The notes beneath the pieces were generated by a model that saw only the letters and a list, made by a program, of their open reading frames with translations, had not been told where the DNA came from and made no database searches. Positions 10,944-18,492 of a stretch of DNA of 64,000 nucleotides are shown here, in pieces. The stretch's first letter is position 1, and every line of letters begins with the position of its first letter. Source of the DNA: Pirellulales bacterium (GTDB taxonomy: Bacteria; Planctomycetota; Planctomycetia; Pirellulales; PALSA-1355); contig CAVTBU010000003.1 in NCBI GenBank assembly GCA_963733035.1, forward strand, positions 1 through 64,000, given 5' to 3'. The translations under genes were made by a program, and so were the position numbers.

Positions 10944-11193
10944 GTCCCAAATCGCGGCAGGGCAGCAAAATGGCCGACTTCGAAGCCCTCTACCGGTACA
11001 AATCCGAACTAGACAAAAAGCTCAATCGGGGCGACTGACATCTGTTTCCGGCCTTCTCGGATTAGACTGACCCACTACCCATTTTTCTTGCGAACGTGCG
11101 TGGTATTGGTGTCCAATTGAAATGGCGACATGCGCTGACAGCAAGCAGGCCGCTCGGCTCTGATGAACTCCAGCGCCCTGCTAGAATACCGGA

Positions 11194-11502
11194 ATGAGCG
11201 AACCGCAGCAGTCCGAAACCACTCCTGAGCCAGAACCCAAGTTCGGTTGGAACTGGATCGCAATCTGGTGGTACTTCGTCATCTCGCTATGCGGTGCAAC
11301 GATCGCGGCCTATACGATGGGGCAGCGAGTGTTGGACGAGCTGGCCAAGCGTCAGAAAGACCCACAAGCGGCGGAACTCATCGCCCAGATTCGAGAAGGG
11401 TTCGATCGCACGACAACTATCACGTCGTACGCAGCTCTCGCGGCACTTATCATATCGGGCTTCCTTTTGCCCAAGTTCTATGGGCAGATTCGGAAGAAGT
11501 AG
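11194..11502 (+). CDS. Hypothetical two-TM membrane protein
   Basis: 102-aa ORF with two hydrophobic segments; TGCTAGAAT ends 6 nt before the ATG (possibly leaderless). Confidence 0.7.
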   Translation: MSEPQQSETTPEPEPKFGWNWIAIWWYFVISLCGATIAAYTMGQRVLDELAKRQKDPQAAELIAQIREGFDRTTTITSYAALAALIISGFLLPKFYGQIRKK

Positions 11503-11547
11503 CCCCAATGGCGGAAATAGCCTGCACACACTAATCACCCACTACCC

Positions 11548-11575
11548 AGCCCCGTCCTAGTGACGGGGCTTTTTC
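11548..11575 (+). terminator. Rho-independent terminator
   Basis: AGCCCCGTC-ctagt-GACGGGGCT followed by TTTT. Confidence 0.8.
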
Positions 11576-11637
11576 ATGCGCCCCCGTCCCCTGCTAGAAT
11601 GGCCCATGCGAGCCATGACCATCCTCGGAGGTGAACC

Positions 11638-11752
11638 ATGTTTGGAATCGGGCCAGTGGAATTATTGATCGTGCTGGTGATAGGTGGCATTGCCCTGCGC
11701 CGTCGTCGGCGTCATTGTTGCTGCCGCAATCAAAACCTTGCGGCAGAAATAG
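11638..11752 (+). CDS. Small membrane peptide with TatA-like N-terminus; probable frameshift ~11699
   Basis: GGAGGTG RBS; MFGIGPVELLIVLVIGGIAL, then AVVGVIVAAAIKTLRQK* in a shifted frame. Confidence 0.55.
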
Positions 11753-11756
11753 CCCC

Positions 11757-12187
11757 ATGACCCCGCCCCCAAGCGCCGCTGGCTACGCTGGTCCCTACGG
11801 ACGCTGTTCGTGGTGGTGACGGTAGTTGCCTGTTGGCTGGCATATGCAATTCCTTGGATCAAAGCGCGCCGCGAGTTTTTATGCCGCCAGTGTTCGGTGA
11901 ATTCAACGACACGCCACCCACAACCCTCAATCGGTGGGGCAATAACTGGCCGGTAATTCGCATCGGCAGGGCTGCGCCTGCTCGGAGAGCGGGGCTTGGT
12001 TTCCGTATGGCTGCCGCCGAAGTTCTGGTCACTGGAACGTCAGGCTGAGGCAGCAAGTCTATTCCCAGAAGCTGTGATCTATAAAACCGATTCCAAAGGA
12101 ATGTGGGTGAGCCCGCGAGAGCCCGGTTATTCAGACACGTCGCGTGAGTCCCGCTCGTGTTCAACAACAAGTCCAATTTCAGACTAA
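11757..12187 (+). CDS. Planctomycete-type 'RWSLRTL' N-anchored hypothetical protein (frameshifted)
   Basis: KRRWLRWSLRTLFVVVTVVACWLAY, then LRLLGERG...LFPEA, across shifted frames. Confidence 0.55.
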
Positions 12188-12238
12188 CGCACTAGCCGGC
12201 AGCGGCGTAACTTGAACCCTGTGAAAATACTTCGCATA

Positions 12239-13246
12239 GGCTCTGTCGAAAACTCCTCCGCTAGCTTAGTCCGCTATCGCGGCGGCGTGCGTAGCGATAG
12301 GTGTGGCACGTACCAGCAAGTCTCCCAGTCGAGTGTTGCGAACTGCGTATCGCATCGCGCAGCGGGCGCTGCCGGCGTATAGTCATCGGTGCAGCCCGAA
12401 GAAGTTCACACAGCACCAGTTGTTCGCGTGCCTGGTGCTGAAGGAGTTCTTCCGGCTCGACTATCGCGGCGTCGAAGCCTTGCTGGCCGAGAATGAATCG
12501 TTGCGGAAATTATCGAGCTGCGCGTCTCGCCCGACTTCACCACGCTGCACAAAGCCTGTCGGCGCCTGCTGAAACTGCCGGCCTGCAACCGAATGCTGGA
12601 CGAGACCGTGCATTGGGCCCGTAAAACGCCGCTGCTCACCTCGCCGGTCGCGTTGGCTGCCATCGACGCCAGTGGCTTCGAGGCCCATCGGGCCAGCAAC
12701 TACTTCGTGCGTCGCCGGGCCGCAGTCGGCAAAAACGCGGGAATCTGGCGGACAATCAGCTACCGCCGCTTTCCCAAGCTGGGCTTGGTCTGCGATTGCT
12801 CGTCGCATCTCATCCTGGCCGCCGTGCCGCATCGCGGACCGAGCCCCGACTTCGATCACTGGTCCAAAGCAACGGACCAAGCTCGCGGGCGAGTGCGGAT
12901 GAAGACCTTGTTGGCCGACGCCGGCTATGACGCGGAATGGATTCACATTGCTGCGCGGATCGTGTTTGACGTCCGCACGCTGATCCCGCCCAAACATGGC
13001 CGACCTACCAACAAACTGCCCCGTCAGTACTTCCGCCGTCGCATGGCGCGAGTGTTTCAAAGCAAGCGAAAGCGCCGGCCCTACCGTCAGCGCGCCCAGA
13101 TCGAAACCGTCTTCAGCCAAGTCAAACGCCGCCTCGACTCGTCCGTCAACGCACACTCCCACTGGAGCCAGTGCCGCGCGTTGATGCTCAAGGCGCTGAC
13201 GCACAATATCATGCTCCTCAGACGAAGGCAGGTTTTCGACAGAGCC
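12239..13246 (+). mobile_element. IS5-family insertion sequence, 1008 bp
   Basis: 15-bp perfect terminal inverted repeats GGCTCTGTCGAAAAC / GTTTTCGACAGAGCC enclosing a DDE transposase; no clear target-site duplication. Confidence 0.92.
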
Positions 13247-13426
13247 ACTCCCGTCCCCTTTGTGCCTCCCCCCCTTTGTGCCTCCACAGGATTTTTGGTT
13301 GCGACCACGACGGATAATCCCGGCGGCGGAGAAATGGATATTGCGGTGGCAAAGAAGAACGATTTGGGAGCGCAGAGAGGTGAAACAATATTCGTGCCGG
13401 TACGTCATACGCTACCTGGTGGCTAA
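12303..13426 (+). CDS. IS5-family DDE transposase (frameshift ~12510; reads through the right TIR)
   Basis: SPKKFTQHQL, PDFTTL, AIDASG, LADAGYD, YRQRAQIETVFSQVKR. Confidence 0.9.
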
Positions 13427-14153
13427 GGCAGTCATCGTGGGAGTTGTATCGACCGTTTGCAATGTGCTGGCCGACGAGCCGAAGAGCGAGCGCGTCGTGA
13501 AGGAGTACCCAATGATGGAAGTGGCGAGGCGCGCCTTTCACGTCGCCAGTGGCGACGTGACCTTGAAACTTTTTGCCGGCGAGCAGGTCCCGCTTACTGG
13601 CAAGACCGGATTCACAGGACCCTTTTTCAAACAAGGACGTTTTTTCGAACTTCGTCTCGTTCCAAGCACGGACAACGGCATGTCCGAACGCATTCTATGG
13701 CGCAACTTCTTTGTGGATGCCACCGGTCACGAAGGCAAGTATTGTTACGATATACTGCTCGAGCCAAATACCAAGGACGTTTTTTTGTGCGTGGGTCGCG
13801 ACTTCAACCTTGTCGTCTTTACGATTCCGTGGAACGCAGCACCCAAGCTCGCGCTTCCGACGATTCCGTTGTCGCCAGAGGAATCCATCAAAATAACGCA
13901 ATCGTGGTTGTGGACGGAAAAAGAGCGTGGGTTTTCGTCCAATGGACCTCCCTTTGATGTCCTGCGTCAGGCTGAGCTGCTGGGGACGAATATTGAGAAG
14001 GTGGATCTCAAAGAGGACGGCGCCGACCTTCGCTTCTCCATCACGATTCGCGAAAAGAAAGCCCCAACGGTGCTGCACTTTTCAATTGGAAAAGGCACTT
14101 GGTCGTACAACCTGCCGACAGACGATGATGCCAGCAGTCGGCAGACGGAATGA
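13380..14153 (+). CDS. Hypothetical exported protein
   Basis: Long ORF, GTG after a purine-rich stretch, signal-peptide-like N-terminus; no family recognised. Confidence 0.6.
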   Translation: MKQYSCRYVIRYLVAKAVIVGVVSTVCNVLADEPKSERVVKEYPMMEVARRAFHVASGDVTLKLFAGEQVPLTGKTGFTGPFFKQGRFFELRLVPSTDNGMSERILWRNFFVDATGHEGKYCYDILLEPNTKDVFLCVGRDFNLVVFTIPWNAAPKLALPTIPLSPEESIKITQSWLWTEKERGFSSNGPPFDVLRQAELLGTNIEKVDLKEDGADLRFSITIREKKAPTVLHFSIGKGTWSYNLPTDDDASSRQTE

Positions 14154-14259
14154 CCGCACTGCGAATTCTTGAGTTGCTAATAAGGACCGAAACCGAGCCA
14201 AGAGACTACTACGCATAGAATGTCATCCAAAAAGAAGGAGTAACCAAAGGGTACGCAAA

Positions 14260-14425
14260 GGCTCAGTAGAAAAGTTCCACGCGTACGAGGATCGTGACGT
14301 GGTGCGTTATCGCCATCAAGCGGAGATCTCGGCATTTGGCTTGGATGGTGCGGCCGGAGGCGCAATTGCCTTGGCGGCGTTTGATCATTGAGATCACCGT
14401 TTCTACTTGGGCGCGACGCTGGTAC
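14260..14425 (-). pseudogene. IS5-family transposase 3' remnant with terminal repeat
   Basis: YQRRAQVETVISMIKRR...LMAITHHVTIL...LFY*; end GGCTCAGTAGAAAA resembles the TIR at 12239. Confidence 0.85.
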
Positions 14426-14573
14426 TCCGCCGTTGGCGCAAGAAGAATCGCCGGCCCGCTGACGGAGCGCGAGGTTTTAAATAAGCGACGGCCTTCTTCG
14501 CCAAGCACTTGTGACCGGACCGTTCTGGCGGCGTTGAATGCAGGTCGCTAGATTTTGCCGGTTTGCGCCGTGA

Positions 14574-15020
14574 TCAGTGCGCTTCCATGCAATAGAATTT
14601 GCCACCGTTTGGCGATTTGTAGCAGGCTACGCCGATGACGGATTTGTGGGGATCGAATATCTGCACGGCGTGCGGCGGATCGTTGACCCAGGCTTGCACG
14701 GCGTTGGCTACGTTGCTTTGTCCGGCCGCGATGTTCTCGCCGCTGCGACCGCTGTGCGTCATGGAGCCGGTGCGTGCCATCCAATAGCAATGTGCCCGGC
14801 AGCGCTCCTGAACTTGGGGATCGATCTTGACGGGCTTCATCCCGGCGCGTGCCCGGTGCCAATTGACCATGTCCAACATCCAGCGTTCGCCACGCCATAG
14901 GAGAATCTCGCCTTCTTTGATCTCGCTATCGGCTGGCGAGCTGGTCGCTCCCGGCATGTACGCGAAAACACTCGAAGCGGCAAAGCACAGACCGAGACAT
15001 GCAATCATTCGAATCATCAT
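14574..15020 (-). CDS. Secreted CAP/SCP domain protein
   Basis: Signal peptide; VNWHRAR, HCYWMA, GENIA, WVNDPPH. Confidence 0.85.
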   Translation of the reverse strand: MMIRMIACLGLCFAASSVFAYMPGATSSPADSEIKEGEILLWRGERWMLDMVNWHRARAGMKPVKIDPQVQERCRAHCYWMARTGSMTHSGRSGENIAAGQSNVANAVQAWVNDPPHAVQIFDPHKSVIGVACYKSPNGGKFYCMEAH

Positions 15021-15299
15021 CGACTCCGTTATGGGGTTTTTGTTTCCGGAGGCAGCAGACTTACGTCGCACCTGCGTAAACGAGCTCTTCGAGAGGATCT
15101 TCGCGATCTCGATAGTGGGCTACAACCCGCCATCTTGGGAGAAAGACCGAGGCCATGTGGGGCCTTGCATTTGCTTGACCGCGCAACGGCCGGCGACAGC
15201 TTGGAATAACTACAGGGAATAACTACAGGGGACGCAAACCTTTTCCCTGTTTCATCGCCGGCGGATGAGTTGGCGGTTCGCTGCGCGTGATGTCTCGCC

Positions 15300-15500
15300 C
15301 GCTTCTGTGCGGATGTGCAAGTGTCGGACTTGTTCCGCTGGCTCTTGATCACGCAAGCCCAGCGCTGGCACGCCGACCACGGCACGGCTTGCATGGGGCA
15401 GGTCTACCAGGGCCGCTTCAAGTCGTTTCCCGTGTCTAGCGATGAGCACGTGCTGAGGGTGCTCCGCTACGTCGAACGGAATCCACTGCGCCCGGCGTGA
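15300..15500 (+). pseudogene. REP-associated tyrosine transposase (RAYT/Y1) internal fragment
   Basis: RWLLITQAQRWH...VYQGRFKSFPV...LRYVERNPLR; the HUH N-terminal half is absent. Confidence 0.8.
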
Positions 15501-15706
15501 GGCAGCGGCGGGTGTTAAGTTAATTCAGCAGAATGCTGAATCACCGAACGTGTTGTCGGTCCGAATGCTGCCAAGGGTGTGAACCGGCATGGAGCCACCT
15601 GCATCTCGCCGCACAATGGCGCGAATTCATTGCCCTTTTTCGAAGCGCTGTCAGTGCAATGACTTGAGTAAATTGAGTTGGTATTGGGTTCATTCCCGCC
15701 ACTTGT

Positions 15707-15722
15707 TGGCACGCAAAATGCT
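15707..15722 (+). promoter_or_regulatory. Sigma-54 promoter upstream of the DUF1328 gene
   Basis: TGGCACGCAAAATGCT (GG-N10-GC). Confidence 0.65.
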
Positions 15723-15779
15723 TCCCAGAGCACAAAGATACTGAAGAACTTCCTTGTCTTTTTGCAAAGGGGACCACTC

Positions 15780-15947
15780 ATGCTTTCCTGGGCGCTTACA
15801 TTTCTGATTATCGCCTTGATTGCCGGTGCGCTTGGCCTGTGGGGCCTTCAAGGAATTGCCATGCAGGTTGCATGGATACTGTTCGTCGTCTTCCTGGTGC
15901 TGTTTGTCGTCTCCTTGCTGACCGGTCGCCGCACGCCTATGGCTTAA
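15780..15947 (+). CDS. DUF1328 small membrane protein
   Basis: [19 protein letters not shown]...[16 protein letters not shown]. Confidence 0.9.
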   Translation: MLSWALTFLIIALIAGALGLWGLQGIAMQVAWILFVVFLVLFVVSLLTGRRTPMA

Positions 15948-16092
15948 GAAGGGTCGTCGACGGCTGGGCTCCGCAACGGAACTACATCGTTCAGGCCAAA
16001 GGACGCACTGCTCCTGATTGGAATGACGGTTGTGCCGTGCGCTGTTCCGGCGAAGGAACTCGACTAGCGAGGAGGAGGTAAAGGGGACGCAA

Positions 16093-16165
16093 GGCTCAGT
16101 AGAGAATTCCCACGCGTACGAGGATCATGACGTGGTGTGTTCGCGCCATCAAACGGAGATCTCGG
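16093..16165 (-). pseudogene. Second IS5-family end remnant
   Basis: 65/73 nt identical to 14260-14332 by manual alignment. Confidence 0.85.
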
Positions 16166-16203
16166 TCGCTCGGGGCGGTTTGTCCGCCGCGGGTCGGCAC
16201 GCT

Positions 16204-16743
16204 CTAGCGGAACCGATAGACGGTGCCAAAGCCATGCACGTCTTGCTCGTTTCCGGGGCCTAAGTCTCGCGCAACTTCGAGATACTCCTGGCGGTGGTCT
16301 TTCCACCAGGTCTTTACGTCCGCCGGCGTGATCGGGATTCCGTGTTGATGCTCGGCGTCAATCACAAACACCCATCCACCGACTTGTTCGGCTGGCTCGG
16401 AAATGGAGGAGTTCGTGGTTCTTGAACTGCGTTTGTGAGTCCACACCGCCCCAATCGTGTTGGACGCTTCAATGGTGTCGAGCTGCTGACCGTTCCGATC
16501 GAAAATCAACAACGATGCATAAGCCCGCCCGGTCCCTTTCCGACTGTCATATTCCGTGAATAAATGGAGATTGAAATGAAGAACGGGACCATCGTCCGTG
16601 TCGTGTTCTTCGACGGTCAGTATTGCGTCAGCCGAGGTGTTTTCATGCTTTTCGGCCAGCTTATCGGTGACCAGTGGTTCGGTTGCGTTAACGACACTGC
16701 CCACGGCGAGCAACAGGCATAGGCTCGGAATCGCTTTGAACAT
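16204..16743 (-). CDS. Hypothetical exported protein
   Basis: GGAGG RBS; signal peptide MFKAIPSLCLLLAVGSVVNA. Confidence 0.65.
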   Translation of the reverse strand: MFKAIPSLCLLLAVGSVVNATEPLVTDKLAEKHENTSADAILTVEEHDTDDGPVLHFNLHLFTEYDSRKGTGRAYASLLIFDRNGQQLDTIEASNTIGAVWTHKRSSRTTNSSISEPAEQVGGWVFVIDAEHQHGIPITPADVKTWWKDHRQEYLEVARDLGPGNEQDVHGFGTVYRFR

Positions 16744-17012
16744 AACCGCCTCCCTGCAAGATCGATCAATCGGACCGAGACAACTCTGCAAAATTCTATC
16801 AGGGGAACGAGTTATTTGACCATGCGTCAATCGGGCCGCTAGCAGTTTCGCCAAGAGACTGGTAGAACCAAGCGTCAGGGTTCGAACTGCTGGCACACAG
16901 CCTGAGCGGCGCTTGACTTCGATCAAGCCTTCCTGCGAAAAAGCAGAGTGGATTCGCGCCTTGTGCGTTGTTGCAGTTCTCATCTAATCAGGGCATCGAT
17001 CGAGGGAGTGCC

Positions 17013-17369
17013 ATGTCGAAATCCGCCGCAGAGTATTACGAGCACAATGCCGCAACGATGAAACCCGTGCGAGAGTCGATGCCGGATTTGATGAAGGGGT
17101 TCAGTGGTCTCCATCAGGCGGCGATGAAGGCCGGCTCGCTGGATACCCGCCAGAAAGAATTGATTGCCCTCGGCATCGGGTTGGCGCTGACCTGTGAGAA
17201 TTGCATTTACGCTCACGTCCGCGCGGCAATCAAAGCTGGGGCAACACGAGAGCAGATCTTGGAGACCGGGGCTGTCGCCGTGATGATGGCCGGTGGTCCC
17301 GCCTACACCTATTTGCCACGTTTGAACGAAGCGTTGGACGCACTTGCCGCTCGTGGTGAACTGACATGA
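17013..17369 (+). CDS. Carboxymuconolactone decarboxylase/AhpD-like protein
   Basis: KELIALGI...CENCIYAH...GATREQILE. Confidence 0.9.
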   Translation: MSKSAAEYYEHNAATMKPVRESMPDLMKGFSGLHQAAMKAGSLDTRQKELIALGIGLALTCENCIYAHVRAAIKAGATREQILETGAVAVMMAGGPAYTYLPRLNEALDALAARGELT

Positions 17370-17382
17370 CAAGGGAGAACAG

Positions 17383-17766
17383 ATGCTCTACGAGAAGGAA
17401 GCCAAAGGCACGGTTGATGAGGTGACAGCGAGAGTCCAAGAGGCGGCCGTCGCCAACCAATTCGGCGTCTTGGGCATCCACAACCTCAAGGAGAAAATGA
17501 AGGCCAAGGGGATCGACTTTGGGCCGGAATGCCGCATTCTGGAGGTTTGCAATCCGGGACAGGCCAAAACCGTTCTCGAAGCCGACATGTCGATCTCCAA
17601 CGCCCTCCCGTGTCGCATCTCGGTCTACGAACAGAGTGGGAAGATCAAGGTGTCGATGTTGAAACCGACGCAGCTTTTGGGGATGTTCAATCGCCCCGAG
17701 CTCCAACCGGTGGCGAATGAGGTCGAGAGCGCGATGATCCGCATTATCGATGCGGCCTGCGAATAG
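17383..17766 (+). CDS. DUF302 domain protein
   Basis: ILEVCNP, LPCRISVY. Confidence 0.9.
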   Translation: MLYEKEAKGTVDEVTARVQEAAVANQFGVLGIHNLKEKMKAKGIDFGPECRILEVCNPGQAKTVLEADMSISNALPCRISVYEQSGKIKVSMLKPTQLLGMFNRPELQPVANEVESAMIRIIDAACE

Positions 17767-17775
17767 CCGCACCGC

Positions 17776-18213
17776 TTACACGCCGATGTCTTCGTTCCAG
17801 CCAGTTGGATTGGCGACGATGTAATCCCGCATCAGCTCGATGCAGGTGGGGTCGTTGAGGATTTCGAGCGATACTCCGCGGCTTTGCACGTAGGCTTCGG
17901 GGCCGGTGAAGTTGCGGTTTTCGCCGACGACGATCTTGGGAATTTTATAGAGCAGGGCCGCGCCGCTGCACATGTCGCAGGGGGAGAGAGTCGAGTACAA
18001 CGTCGCGCGACGATAGTCGGCGGCGGTCAAGCGGCCGGCGTTTTCGAGGCAGTCCATTTCGGCGTGCAGGATCGCGCTACCCCGCTGCATCCGCTGATTG
18101 TGGCCCCGGCCGACAATTTGGCCGTCGATGACGAGCACCGAGCCGATTGGGATGCCTCCTTGGACAAGTCCTTGCTTTGCTTCCTCAATGGCCGCTTGCA
18201 TGAATGGGTCCAC
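17776..18213 (-). CDS. Cytosine/nucleoside deaminase (Zn-dependent)
   Basis: HAE and PCDMC motifs. Confidence 0.92.
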   Translation of the reverse strand: MDPFMQAAIEEAKQGLVQGGIPIGSVLVIDGQIVGRGHNQRMQRGSAILHAEMDCLENAGRLTAADYRRATLYSTLSPCDMCSGAALLYKIPKIVVGENRNFTGPEAYVQSRGVSLEILNDPTCIELMRDYIVANPTGWNEDIGV

Positions 18214-18492
18214 GTTTGCGTCTCCTTGTTCGTGGCTGCGTGGCGGTTTGCTTCAGCTATAGCATCTTAACCGTTGAAGTCACCGGGAGCCCATGCAACT
18301 TTTGGGTCTGCCGCCCACGATGGCGGATGGTCGGCGCCGCGAATGTCGCGGAAAACTCCCGGGATTTTCGTGGTTCCATCCTGCTTGTTGGACTCTCCCA
18401 GACGGTTCAATTACAGTTGACCCGGGCCGACGTTCACCCACTTGGTGGACGTTGGTGCATCTCTACGGGGCAATTCGGAACGAGAGGGTGTC

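Larger units (their letters stand above)
11063..12197 (+). repeat. Three copies of an (AGACTG)ACCCACTACC-like site bounding small genes
   Basis: TTAGACTGACCCACTACCC at 11063; ACCCACTACCCA at 11537; TCAGACTAACGCACTAGCC at 12179. Confidence 0.6.

Noticed and set aside
11024..11045. AATCGGGGCGAC resembles the reverse complement of a tRNA-Pro 3' end (possible att site)
   Set aside because: Only about 10 nt match, no T-loop, and no tRNA or integrase in the window.
11063..12197. CRISPR array or integron attC array
   Set aside because: Repeats are short, non-palindromic and hundreds of bases apart; no cas or intI genes.
12500..12520. Programmed frameshift in the IS transposase
   Set aside because: No slippery heptamer; one missing A in a short run fits the window-wide indel noise.
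12228..14218. TACT(T/A)CGCATAG near-repeat at 12228 and 14207 as a target-site duplication
   Set aside because: It does not directly flank matching element ends and has a mismatch; likely chance.
15225..15245. GGGACGCAAA resembles part of the c-di-GMP-I riboswitch (similar at 14250 and 16085)
   Set aside because: The upstream GGCAAAC/GNRA stem and downstream P2 are absent; better explained as the REP-like motif.
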